Assembly (NCBI GenBank): GCA_010093745.1
Contig: MU005959.1
Span: 300,270 to 364,269, forward strand
DNA length: 64,000 nt
Source of the DNA: Piedraia hortae CBS 480.64
Taxonomy: Eukaryota
Direction of reading: 5' to 3'
Made by a program: the position numbers and the translations under genes. This document shows, in pieces, positions 44,398 to 55,152 of the stretch. The notes under the pieces are model-generated. The model saw only the letters and a program-made list of their open reading frames with translations, searched no databases and was not told the DNA's origin. Positions within the stretch are counted from its first letter, which is position 1. Every line of letters starts with the position of its first letter.

Positions 44398-46258
44398 GAA
44401 CACTGCACATCGTTACGTCTATTCATATCCTTTGAGAATTCTTTCTAGGACCGTGTAACTCCTTGATTGTCGCCATTTCCCGCTTGCGTTCATCAGCGAG
44501 GTCTTGAATCTGAGCCAGCTCCCCAGTACCATAATATCCCCCTTCGCCCCCCAAGCAGCCCTCCGGACATTATTCCTCCCAACATCTGTCCCTCCCCAAA
44601 CAAAGACCATCCCTTTTCATCTGCCACATCGTATTTCCCCACAAGACGACGCAACAAGTCCTGTAATTCCGCCAACTCCCCGTTGGTAAAGTCGGCGTTG
44701 CGTTGGACCGCTCCAGCTGCTGCCATTTCCCTAGACCCCGGAGCCAGAGTGACCAGTGCCTCCATGAACCACTTGATCAAGGCCTTCACAAGTGGGAGGG
44801 GAGGGGAGGGGGGCGGAAAGATCTTGATAAACCCCCCATCTCACAGTCCCACAACAGCCGGCTCCCCCTCACCCCATCACCTGGTCTTCACTTGCCAACA
44901 ACCAACAAACCATTCAAGGAAAAGCGGGCTTTGTCCATCCCGAACTTCTCCCGAGAACACCTGGAATGGCGTGGCCTGATGACTCGCTACCAAAGAATCT
45001 AATCCCAGATTCACACCGATGACTATGAACTTGTCCGGCCCATCGACAACGGGTCAATCTACCCTGACAGTGTAACCCGCGATCTGCTCCACAACGGTTA
45101 GATCTCTTCTCCTGTTTGTGCGGCAGAAAATCAAACAGGAGGCCTGAGGGGGAGGTGTGGCACTAGTAAGGGTGAGGGGCCTCTACGCCGACGGTCTCCT
45201 ATGGCGTGGCGTGGTGCATTGTGTGGTGCATGGATGATAATTGTGTAGAGCTCTCGGGCACGTTCCATCTGTTTTGTGACCCTGAGTCTACATGTAAGCC
45301 TCGGTGTATATGTTGCCCTATCCCCGGGGCAGGGAGTATGTTGCTTAGTCCCTCAAGCCCGTTTGCATCTTATTCAGCTCTGATCGAAGCTGGTCCGAGG
45401 CCGGAGGTAACAGCGAGTCGGGCCAGGCCGAGAGAAGGGAGATGTAAGCCGAGGGCATGGCTATGTGAGAGTGAGAGAAAAATCGCTCATGGTAAGTTCG
45501 AGCGTTGTGGACGGGTTTTGTCAATGGCTGCCCCTCCACGGAATGGTTCCGTCAGCGTTCCCAATGACGCGCAGCCATGAATCAGCAGGTGTCATGCCCC
45601 GCTCGAAGCACAGGGCTGAAAAGTGAACACGTCAAAACCTCCATACTTGTACTCCCCACTAGCAGCATCCTTCAACCTCGTGACCGCATTCTTCACATCA
45701 TTCTCGAGATCGACATTATTCGCCGGCCCACCAAACATTATAGACGTCATGCCCGTCGTATCAAACGCGATTTCATTCAATCTGTCCCTATTAGCCTGAA
45801 CACAAACTACGGAGGAGGGTAAAATTACATAGCCGACCGCCCTCTAACCTCAAAGTCCAGTCCATCCCCCTACTTCTTCGTCATTTGCGACGGGGTCTTT
45901 CCCACTGGAATTGACCTTCTCGTAGAAGGCGTTATTGGAGGCGGTGTATTGTTCTTAATCGCATCGATGGTTTCGTTCGTCCGACTGGCAAAATCCTGCA
46001 TGTAGAGAGATTCCCCTAGGAGAATTCAGGATGGGATGATAGCGCCAAGAGGAGATCGGCATTCGCTTTGCGGAGGGGGGGCGAGGTCTGCTGCTGGCAT
46101 ATTTCCCGGTATTTATGAGTACTTCGTAATTTGCTCGCGGTGTGTGTTAGTTGGGGTCCCCTCATTTTCTTAAGTGGGGGTCCCGCGGCGCGTCCCGACC
46201 CGCTCAACCAAACAGGAAATATCACCTCATCTCACTTCTTCGCAATCGCATCGCAACA

Positions 46259-46984
46259 ATGAAGCGTCTAATTCCACGACTCCCTCTCCGAACCCAGCCC
46301 TTCTACCTCCAGCGCGCATTCCAATCCACCGCCCCATCTCAATCGCGAAGCATCCCTACCCCCCCTACCACTAACCCTCCAGAGGAAGTAACACCCGACC
46401 TCACCACAACCGGCCTCTCCGACTCTCCCGCAGAGCATCCCTCACTCTCAACCTGGTCCGATACCCTCCACGGCCTCTCATCAACCCCCTTTCCCCCCGA
46501 AGTCTCGCAAATTCTCCAAACTCCCGTCTCCGAAAACGACATTGAGATCAAACCCGACGGGATAATCTACCTCCCCGAAATAAAGTACCGTCGAATTCTA
46601 AACAAGGCTTTCGGACCAGGGGGATGGGGACTAATTCCGCGCACGGAGACGATTATTACGCCGAAGTTGGTTACGAGGGAGTACGCGTTGGTTTGTAGTG
46701 GAAGGTTGGTTAGTATTGCACGGGGCGAGCAGCAGTATTTTGATAAAGAGGGCGTTCCGACTGCGACGGAGGGGTGTAAGAGTAATGCGCTGATGAGGTG
46801 TTGTAAGGATTTGGGGATCGCGAGTGAGCTTTGGGATCCGAGATTTGTGAGGGAGTTTAAGAAGAAGTTTGCACGGGAGGTGTTTGTGGAACATGTTACG
46901 ACGAAGAAGAGGAGGAAACATTGGATGCGGAAGGATGAGGGGACCGTCCAGTGGCCTTTAAAGGAGGTGACTATGGGGAAGTAG
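46259..46984 (+). CDS. MGM101: Mitochondrial genome maintenance protein Mgm101
   Basis: [55 protein letters not shown]; presequence-like N-terminus. Confidence 0.96.
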   Translation: MKRLIPRLPLRTQPFYLQRAFQSTAPSQSRSIPTPPTTNPPEEVTPDLTTTGLSDSPAEHPSLSTWSDTLHGLSSTPFPPEVSQILQTPVSENDIEIKPDGIIYLPEIKYRRILNKAFGPGGWGLIPRTETIITPKLVTREYALVCSGRLVSIARGEQQYFDKEGVPTATEGCKSNALMRCCKDLGIASELWDPRFVREFKKKFAREVFVEHVTTKKRRKHWMRKDEGTVQWPLKEVTMGK

Positions 46985-47101
46985 ACTGTGGAGATAGACT
47001 GTGTGAATGTGTGTAGAATATCGCTGCGCTTAAGCCAACTCCTCATCCATGCATTCGATTAAGACCAGACGCTTTTATATTATTTACTACTACACATAAA
47101 A

Positions 47102-50100
47102 TCATGTCTGGTCCATAACCAGTCGGACTCCTCCATTAAGCTGCTGGTTTCTTGCAATGCGTTCGTGGCTGTTGGCAATGTTCTCCAACATGCTCAGCAG
47201 ATGAGGTGCCTCCTTCATGAATGGCAGGTTGAGCACATCAAGGGTGGGGTTCTTGGCTAATTCCACAACCATGATGATCAAGCCCCATGGGTACGGACGC
47301 GACGACAGCAGTCTTTCGCCCACCGACCGCATTATCAGTTCCTTGGTCTCCATGTTGCTGTTGCTAAACATGTGCTGAATGGCTGTGGAGAAGTAGTGTG
47401 TGTGAGAGTTAACGTAGCGCACCTGGTTCAGCAAGGCTCCAATAATTTCGCGACGCTGCTGAAGGCTGCCCTCGCGGACAAGTCGCTCCAGCAGTCGTGC
47501 CTGGCCTGCCGCAGCCGAGAATACAGACGAGGTCGTTGTTGCCTGGGACCCCATGTAGACCACCAACGAATTAGCCAATAGTGTGCCATTAGTTGCAGCC
47601 TGGAGGGCCTCCTTGATTGCCGCCAAATCATCGTTGCTTGAATTCAAAGCCTTGCAGACGCGGTCGACGTTCTCCTTGATGCCAGCAGCTACTAAGATGT
47701 TCCCCAAGTCTTCAGCCACCGGCGGTGGCTCTCGGATCTGCTCAATCAAGTTCATCTTGAGGCCGACGGTAAACGGCTCCGGCTGGACATTTGCAACAGC
47801 CCGGCTGACTGCACTATTGATGATGTTAAGCATCTGAAACTCCCCTTCCGGAACGCTGCTTGCCAAATGCACGTGGTTCTCGATCAGGAATTCAGGATAG
47901 TCGTGATGCAACACGAGCAAGAAGCGTATGATGGTGTCGTACAGCTTTGTCATTGTCACGGCATCTTTCGCGTCCTCGACCATCTTGCCAAACGTGCTCA
48001 GCAAAGTCGTCGTAAGGTTCAAAAAAGACTTCCGGCCTCCGCTGGATTTTATAGGCTCCGTGAGTAGAGCAGGAACAAAAAACCGATGGCTGAGCAAGGC
48101 AATCCACGAGAACGTGAACGCGGGATACTGCATTGGCTGGAGGATCTGCATCATCCTACCCAGGGCCATGTATATGCCAAATTGCTGCTCCTCTGATAGC
48201 CTTGCCCGCATGTCATGGAAGTCGCAGAGCATCGAGGAGAACAGGCGGAAATACATTCGGCTGTGCCATTCCGCACCCAGTTGCCTCTGCTGGTCGAGCA
48301 TGTTCAAGACAACAATTGTCAAGATTGCATCGAGATACTTGGCCTTTCGCCGCTCATCGCCTCCAGACTCTAAGTACACCACCAGGCTGACAATTAATCT
48401 CGCCAATGCGTCGACCGTTTCGTGGGCAGCCGCGTTGGTCGAAAATGGTGCAGGAGCTTCGCGGCTATAGTCCCTGTACGATATTTCCAAGGCGGCGCGG
48501 AAGAACATCACCGCATGGTCTGTACTCACCATCTTCTCGTATGCGAGCATCTGTCTCAAGTACGCAGGCACTCCGTGCACAGGCGGACCCTTTTGTTGCA
48601 ACTTGGTCCATTCATTGAACCGATACTCGTATTCCTCTTGCTTCATCGCTGAGCTTGGCACAGTGTGGGTGGACACTTCCAGCTTGGCAAGAATGTCCCG
48701 CAAGTCTTCGTCGTCAGGATCCACCACTAGCCGGTGGCTCAAGGCCTCGAATGTTGAGGCAAGATCGGCCCGGAGTACGAGAGAGCTATCGTTGAGCAGC
48801 AGCTCGTCCACCGCCACCTTTAAGAAGCCAATGACGGCCGGGTTGCCCTCGGCGAGAGCCTTGGCTGACATCAGATCAACTTGATGAATATCCAGCAAAT
48901 TGTCGTTGAGCAGCGCCAGAACAACGTTTGGGTTGAAAAACTTCTTCTCCTCCATATTAACAAGATCTGGAATGATGAGGCGTCCGATCTGGATCGACAT
49001 GCGGCAGACATGCTGGAGAATTCGACAGAACACTTCCACCTCAAGACGCTTCTGAGCTTCGTGGAACATAATCTGACAGCACTGCTGACCAACAGCAAAC
49101 ACATACTCGTGATGGGAAAGGGATCGAGATACCACCACAACCAGCTGGTCACACACCCGCCGAACAGGACTGGTCTCGTCGACCTCGCTAAGACGCTGTT
49201 CAGGACCTTCACGCACTACTCGTTGGAGTTGTTGTATCAGCAGAAGAAGCCGCTCGCTCTGCGAGTTACCTGGCTCGCCGTAGCCGTTAGCTTGGTCATG
49301 CTCTTGTCCATGAAGACCGGCCAAGTGGCCAGGAATCGACGGCGTTTCAGCTGGGGTTGCCAAATTACTAAGATAACTGTCCGACAAAACGTCGTGCATT
49401 GTCCTGGTTTCCTGCGAAGTGGCGCTTGCGTGGGTGGCCGGCGTCATGCGTGCCTGGCGGCCGAATTCCTCATAAAGGCTCAGCTGTTGTCGGTTGAGAC
49501 CGTTGGCGTTGGCACCGAGAGGATCATGACGATAGGGCTCTGGAATCATCATGCCCCACCGTTGCACTGGCGGGTTGTTGTACGGCTCATTTTGCTTCGA
49601 CTCGACATGTCTGCGGCGGTCTTCAAAGGCGGCGGCCAGCTGAGCGTCGATTTCCGCCACCGAATGGTCCTCGGCGGCGCTCTCCACCAGGGCACACACG
49701 CTCTCGAGATTGTCGTTGACGAACATGATGATCTGACCTTCAGGCAGCGGTTGAGGAAGACGTTGATTGGCCATGATGCGCAGGTTGTTGGTGATGCTCA
49801 TCCGGAGCGGCTCCCTGCATGTAACAAGAGCCAGGCTGCCCGACAAGGCCCTTACCATGGTGTGTGCCGACGCGCGCAGCTTCTCCGCGTCTGGCTCGGT
49901 TGCAAAGTCCTTCTGGATCAGTTCAGCAGTTGAAATGGAAGCAATTGTCACCGATCGCTCAACAACAGGCGCGATGATCTCGTAGATGGCCTGTTGGGCC
50001 GCAGAAACAAAGATCTGCCGCATCTGCGGAGTCGTCACGTTGCCCGCCGCCGACGGAATCATCAACATGGTGCTGATGTCGGGAAGAGCCTGGATGATCG

Positions 50101-53100
50101 CTTCGGGCGAGAAGCGTTCGCTCGGCCCACGCTTGGATAGGTGCATCAGATTCATGTCATTGAAGCCGTCTGGCGACCCATCATGTGCATAAGGCGTCAA
50201 GATGCTGCCCTCCGTAAGCATAGGTTGATGACGAATGACGTTTGCCGGCCGGATATCCTTGATCTCGAGGTTAAGCTCCTTACAACAAACTTCGATTTCG
50301 AACTTAAGGTTCAGTTTCAGTTCGAAGCAGTGGTACAGCTCGCTTAAGACGCCCAGAATGTCCATGGTCCAGGGGTTCGGCGGCCGGAAGATCTTGGAAG
50401 AGCTGGCCCGAGCTAGTGTTTTGCAGGTAAACGGAACGGCAAGGATGAGATGATTGTTTTCGTTGCCCTCGATCAACAAGTCTTTGAATGACAGGTTGTT
50501 GTGGAGAATAGGCTTATTGCGGGCCAGAGTCAGCGAACCCAGCCAGCCGGCAAGGTTCTTGAGATATGTTCGTTCGGCCGACGACTCCATCGTGGCCGGC
50601 GCATTGAGCATTTTGGCGCAACTGACATACGTCTGGTGCAGGACTTCGGCCCAGAGCGAGTCCCTGTTGAACGTTTCCAACAGCTGCAAGTAGAGGCTCT
50701 GAAAGTTGGCCTGGGACTTTGCCAGATCGTCCACCAGATAATGGGCAAACCACTGGTAATGCTTGTCGTCCAGAGCAGCCTCGAGTTCCTTGAATTTCTC
50801 CTCCAGGTTCCGCTTCGACACATTGTTCAGCACAAACATGACTTTGTCAGATGTTTCCTCTTGAGGCACTTCGTACACTTGATTGCGTGGACGACCGGGA
50901 TTGATGGCCGAGAAGGGCTGGTTATGCGATTCCGCAAACTGGCCATTTGGTGCACCATAAGATTTGTCATTGCTTCCATCGATCCCAGCCGCAGCGCGTT
51001 CCTGAAGCTCCTGCATGACGCGCTCGGCAGGGGCGATAACTTGAGTGCCCCGAAGGTTAGGTATCTGCAGAATTCTTTCCGCAAGATGAGGCCATTCACC
51101 AAGCCTTCCAGTCATATAGATCATGGCCTGCAAGCCAAACTTGTACATAGGATCCGTTGCCTCTTTCTTAGTGACGGCCTGGAATATGAAGTGAATGGCA
51201 GCCTGCTCGGACACAAACTCCAGGACAGAGCATTGGAGGATACCGCCAAAGAGCACCGAAGTCATAGCTAGGGCGTCTTGCGGGTAATCCCTGAAACAGT
51301 TGTATTCTTCAAAGAGCCCATACAGCATGGCGGCAAACAAGTTTTGCTTCTTCGCATCTGGAGAAATCTTGAGCTCCTTCAGTTCGCTGATAACGCTCTC
51401 GGGCTTGGTGACGCCTCCATACATCTTTTTATAACGAGCTTCCATTTCCTCGTTTGGCTCTGCTGGCAACGCGTGCCCGGCAGCCGAAAGCTCTTCCAAA
51501 ACAGCATCGGTTTCCTCAGAACAGCCGTAATTGAAGAGGCGAGGGTAGGCGTTCAGGCAGTTTACATACGTTGTACCCATGTCCTCGTCCGGATGCAGCT
51601 GGCGTAGCAGCTTGAGCAACACGTACACAGTTTTGAGGGCGAGAGGTACCGTCGACGGCTGGCTGTTGTGTTTCTGCACACGAAACTCGTCATCTATCTT
51701 GGAATGTAAGAAGCCGAGGAGATGCTGTGCAAAGGCAGAGGACTCAGACGAGGTAACGTGCGGCTGTCCCCATTCCAAAAGGTCGCAATACCCTTTCCCA
51801 TGGGCATAGCAAGCAAAGTCCACAATGAAGCTGCTCGACATGTAGAGTAGGTGATCGATCCATTTCTGTTCGACTGCGTGCTCGAAAATCTGCGGAAGCA
51901 CCAGGTTGTTCGTCAAATAGCACTCGACCAGGCGAGAGGCCACCCAGACCATGTCGTGGCGCCACAGAGAGAACATGACAAAGTCGTAGTGGTCCTGCTT
52001 CTTGAGCAAGAAGGGATAGAGCAGCTGCTTGAGCGCCTGATCCTGAAGCGGACCCCACGGCTTTTCGACTGCAGAAGCTGCGCACACAAAGACCTGCATA
52101 TTAGGATTAATAATATCGTCCGTGATGTGGAGCTTCTGCGCATCTTCATAGGCTTCATGCGATCTAAACATGATCTTGAACAGTGCCTCCGTCGCATCTT
52201 TGGATACAAGCGGGTGTTTAACCGCCTCTGCCGCAAAGCTTTTGATGCTGTCCGTCGCGTCTTCGTATTCGTCCATCGTGAAGGCGCGGCGGAAATTCGG
52301 AATTTGCGTGAGATCCAGCTCGTCGGGGGTGGTGGCCAAAAAGCCAGCTATGAAGCTGAGCTGCGTCATTGGGTTCTGCCAGGTACTGCCCCAGAGCGCC
52401 TGTATGTCCCACCGAGGGTTCTCCTGGGCCAGCGGCAAAAGAACGTTGTAGATGGCAAGGAAGTGCTGCTTGGTGATGCGTAGAGCTGGACGATCAAAGG
52501 CTTGCACTACTTCGAGCCAGCTGAACTGAGACCCGACGCGGCTCTCCCTGATTGCCTGCACCAGCACGCGCACATCATAGTCGAGGCCATCGCCCGCAAT
52601 GACGGCCACAAGTAGGGCACATGCGACTTGCGAAGGGTTAATGAGGCCCTGCTCAGCATCTCGCAGCATGTCTTTGCAGGAATCCACGCTGCTGGTGCTG
52701 CGAGGACCGTAGCGTATCATCGCCTTGGCTAGGCGACTTTCCGGCGAGGCCAACAAGTGACTTAAAGAGACTGCGGTGTCTACGTCAGGGGGCACCAGGC
52801 TCTTCGCCGCTTGGTACCGCATCTTCGCAGCGTACCTGAGTTCTTCCTGCTGTGGCTCGCTCCATTCGCTAGGCGCCTGCAGGCTAATTCGTTCGATGAT
52901 GGAGGCCAGAATTTGGGACGGCATCCCACTTTGGGCCGTGGTTGGAGTTCGAACGGCTGCCAAGAAAGGCGAAGTGCTGTTTTCCAGCAATGCAGAAGCT
53001 TTTGCACGAAGATCGCTCTTGCTTGCGCCCTGGCATGAGAGGATGAGAGACATCTTGGCCATAGGATCCAACGTGAAGTGATCGCAGAGAGCCGAGAGAT

Positions 53101-53761
53101 CGAGGTCCCAGTCGGAAAAGTCCAGAGCCTGAGCCATTTTGTCGGCCTGTGCAGGGTCCGCCAGAAGCTTCTGCATTTCTTGCGATACAAGCTGGTAGCA
53201 CTCGGCATTGGTGGCCGCCGCCCGTGTGCCCGGGAAAACGAGGCCCCAACAGTTGCCCAGCGTGCGGCGGAAATACGTTTCGAAGACGTCCATGCTGCTT
53301 TCGCCTACCAGACGCCTGATCGTCTTCGCCTGTGTCTCAAAGTTGTTCTCCCGGAGTCCGCTGATGAGGATGGACACTTGCGTGGAGACCAGGCTGTGCA
53401 GCTGACCGGAACCACCCGTTGACGTGGCTGAAGAACCGGAGGGCACTGAAAAGGACGCCGACTGTCTGCCTGAGCGCGGAGCGGGCGATGTGGAGCCAAC
53501 GAGCGGGCTGGGTTGGCGAGAAGTGCTGGTTGTGGGGGCTCGTGGGCGGCCCGGGTGGAGAGTGGAGGACGGAGCGGGGACTTGTGACGTTGAGGACGAT
53601 GCCTGTCTTCCGGAAGGCTTGTGAGGACTGTCGCTGCTTCCACGCCCTGTGCCTGCTGCTACACGCAGCGTCTGCTTGCCCGGTGATCGCGAGTCTTTGG
53701 CCGTGGAAGAATTATCCGTATTAGATGACGGGTGCGAGGAAGACGGAAACGATGCGCTCAT
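47102..53761 (-). CDS. NOT1: CCR4-NOT scaffold subunit Not1 (Cdc39)
   Basis: DKVMFVLNN, LKNLAGWLGSLTLARNKPI, FRPPNPW, LKLNLKFEIEV, PVVERSVTIA, LVLHHDYPEFL, NQVRYVNSHTHYFS, RPYPWGL. Exact start uncertain. Confidence 0.95.
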   Translation of the reverse strand: MSASFPSSSHPSSNTDNSSTAKDSRSPGKQTLRVAAGTGRGSSDSPHKPSGRQASSSTSQVPAPSSTLHPGRPRAPTTSTSRQPSPLVGSTSPAPRSGRQSASFSVPSGSSATSTGGSGQLHSLVSTQVSILISGLRENNFETQAKTIRRLVGESSMDVFETYFRRTLGNCWGLVFPGTRAAATNAECYQLVSQEMQKLLADPAQADKMAQALDFSDWDLDLSALCDHFTLDPMAKMSLILSCQGASKSDLRAKASALLENSTSPFLAAVRTPTTAQSGMPSQILASIIERISLQAPSEWSEPQQEELRYAAKMRYQAAKSLVPPDVDTAVSLSHLLASPESRLAKAMIRYGPRSTSSVDSCKDMLRDAEQGLINPSQVACALLVAVIAGDGLDYDVRVLVQAIRESRVGSQFSWLEVVQAFDRPALRITKQHFLAIYNVLLPLAQENPRWDIQALWGSTWQNPMTQLSFIAGFLATTPDELDLTQIPNFRRAFTMDEYEDATDSIKSFAAEAVKHPLVSKDATEALFKIMFRSHEAYEDAQKLHITDDIINPNMQVFVCAASAVEKPWGPLQDQALKQLLYPFLLKKQDHYDFVMFSLWRHDMVWVASRLVECYLTNNLVLPQIFEHAVEQKWIDHLLYMSSSFIVDFACYAHGKGYCDLLEWGQPHVTSSESSAFAQHLLGFLHSKIDDEFRVQKHNSQPSTVPLALKTVYVLLKLLRQLHPDEDMGTTYVNCLNAYPRLFNYGCSEETDAVLEELSAAGHALPAEPNEEMEARYKKMYGGVTKPESVISELKELKISPDAKKQNLFAAMLYGLFEEYNCFRDYPQDALAMTSVLFGGILQCSVLEFVSEQAAIHFIFQAVTKKEATDPMYKFGLQAMIYMTGRLGEWPHLAERILQIPNLRGTQVIAPAERVMQELQERAAAGIDGSNDKSYGAPNGQFAESHNQPFSAINPGRPRNQVYEVPQEETSDKVMFVLNNVSKRNLEEKFKELEAALDDKHYQWFAHYLVDDLAKSQANFQSLYLQLLETFNRDSLWAEVLHQTYVSCAKMLNAPATMESSAERTYLKNLAGWLGSLTLARNKPILHNNLSFKDLLIEGNENNHLILAVPFTCKTLARASSSKIFRPPNPWTMDILGVLSELYHCFELKLNLKFEIEVCCKELNLEIKDIRPANVIRHQPMLTEGSILTPYAHDGSPDGFNDMNLMHLSKRGPSERFSPEAIIQALPDISTMLMIPSAAGNVTTPQMRQIFVSAAQQAIYEIIAPVVERSVTIASISTAELIQKDFATEPDAEKLRASAHTMVRALSGSLALVTCREPLRMSITNNLRIMANQRLPQPLPEGQIIMFVNDNLESVCALVESAAEDHSVAEIDAQLAAAFEDRRRHVESKQNEPYNNPPVQRWGMMIPEPYRHDPLGANANGLNRQQLSLYEEFGRQARMTPATHASATSQETRTMHDVLSDSYLSNLATPAETPSIPGHLAGLHGQEHDQANGYGEPGNSQSERLLLLIQQLQRVVREGPEQRLSEVDETSPVRRVCDQLVVVVSRSLSHHEYVFAVGQQCCQIMFHEAQKRLEVEVFCRILQHVCRMSIQIGRLIIPDLVNMEEKKFFNPNVVLALLNDNLLDIHQVDLMSAKALAEGNPAVIGFLKVAVDELLLNDSSLVLRADLASTFEALSHRLVVDPDDEDLRDILAKLEVSTHTVPSSAMKQEEYEYRFNEWTKLQQKGPPVHGVPAYLRQMLAYEKMVSTDHAVMFFRAALEISYRDYSREAPAPFSTNAAAHETVDALARLIVSLVVYLESGGDERRKAKYLDAILTIVVLNMLDQQRQLGAEWHSRMYFRLFSSMLCDFHDMRARLSEEQQFGIYMALGRMMQILQPMQYPAFTFSWIALLSHRFFVPALLTEPIKSSGGRKSFLNLTTTLLSTFGKMVEDAKDAVTMTKLYDTIIRFLLVLHHDYPEFLIENHVHLASSVPEGEFQMLNIINSAVSRAVANVQPEPFTVGLKMNLIEQIREPPPVAEDLGNILVAAGIKENVDRVCKALNSSNDDLAAIKEALQAATNGTLLANSLVVYMGSQATTTSSVFSAAAGQARLLERLVREGSLQQRREIIGALLNQVRYVNSHTHYFSTAIQHMFSNSNMETKELIMRSVGERLLSSRPYPWGLIIMVVELAKNPTLDVLNLPFMKEAPHLLSMLENIANSHERIARNQQLNGGVRLVMDQT

Positions 53762-54228
53762 TGGCCACGCGCACACATCAGTGCGGCTGGACGCAGATGA
53801 GCACCTTGGGTGGATGGGGGTGAGGTGAGCGTGCCTGGGGATCCTGTCGCCCCGCAAAAACGGCCAAGAGCTTACTTAGGGTTAGGAGTTTCGCAGCCTT
53901 GATTGCAGGATGTTTGCGCGCGGCACACAGCAGTCAAACGTTTACAAGGCAATCCACTTGCCAGGAACTCGGGCCCAGCATGCCCAGCCGCGATCACGTT
54001 GCTACGGTACGGTCCGTTCTGCACGGACCGCAGAGATGACACCATCTCAATAACTGCGCCTCTCCTCTTCACGCATTGTTCTAGCAGTGTAGCGTAGCGC
54101 ACGCATAATAATCCAGTTCTCTATGCCTTTCGGTCTCCTGGGCCCGACCCCAATGCGCGAAACCACTGGGCTGGAATTCGATCTCGTGAAACCAGACCCT
54201 ATGATATATGAGTAACCTACTCGCACAC

Positions 54229-54799
54229 TCACTCCCTTTGCAGCATCACCGTAATCCCCATCAGCCCCACCATAGCTGCCTTCAACCAGGGATATTCGGA
54301 TATTAGAATTGTAAAGTAGCCCGCAAAGGGGATATAGCCAAACACGCTTCCCACAACATCACTCTTTCGATCCAGGAAATTCTGCCCTCGGGCGTAGAGC
54401 TCTGTATCGTCTGCTGCGTTGTTGTCTCCCTTCGTCAACAGCTTCAACGCTTTTGCTCTGTTCAAGTCAGCTCCATAACTACCTCATCAACCCGATCCAG
54501 TAAAGATGTTCTTACCCCCCACCAAAAGACCTCACAACACGATGCACGATGGGAATGTCCTTTCCTCGAACATTGTAAACCACGACATCACCCACAGAAA
54601 CCTTTCCCCTGTTCCAGAGGAAAAGTAAATCTCCTCGTTGAAATGCGGGTTCCATACTTCCAGAGAGGACTACGACAATCGGCGATGAGCTGTTGGCAAT
54701 GACCGAGAGACCTTTCCAGATCATGTATGCCGTGGATAGTACCAATGCAAAGTTGAGTATCTGGGCCGCGACCTGACGCGGACGCATATCGTTGAGCAT
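54229..54799 (-). CDS. SEC11: Signal peptidase complex catalytic subunit Sec11, one intron
   Basis: [46 protein letters not shown]. Confidence 0.95.
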
Positions 54800-55152
54800 T
54801 TCGTGAGATATTCAACTCTTTCTGGCAGGTGAACAGTAGGGCGATGTTCAAGGTGGTGGACCGTGCGCCTGTGACAGCGCACGCGATGACTCATCTGAAA
54901 GTGGACACTTGGATACACATCATAAGCAGGAGTAAATACATTCAATAGCTTCATATAAACAAACTGCATCAAGGCCATTAGATTTCTCTCCCCTTCACCG
55001 GGGATCATAACAAAGAAAAATAAAAATCAACAAGTCAAACAACAAGAAACAGAAAATCCCATGAGGTGTATAGCCAGTCCACTGTCCTGCTCGTTCAATT
55101 AAAAAAAAAAAAACACCCCAGCACCGACGTTGGTAGAAAATTCATAATCCAC

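Noticed and set aside
44420..46020. Fragmentary minus-strand ORFs between KES1 and MGM101
   Set aside because: No consistent gene model or recognisable family could be supported by eye.
53876..53886. TTAGGGTTAGG telomere-like repeat
   Set aside because: Fewer than two full units; expected by chance.
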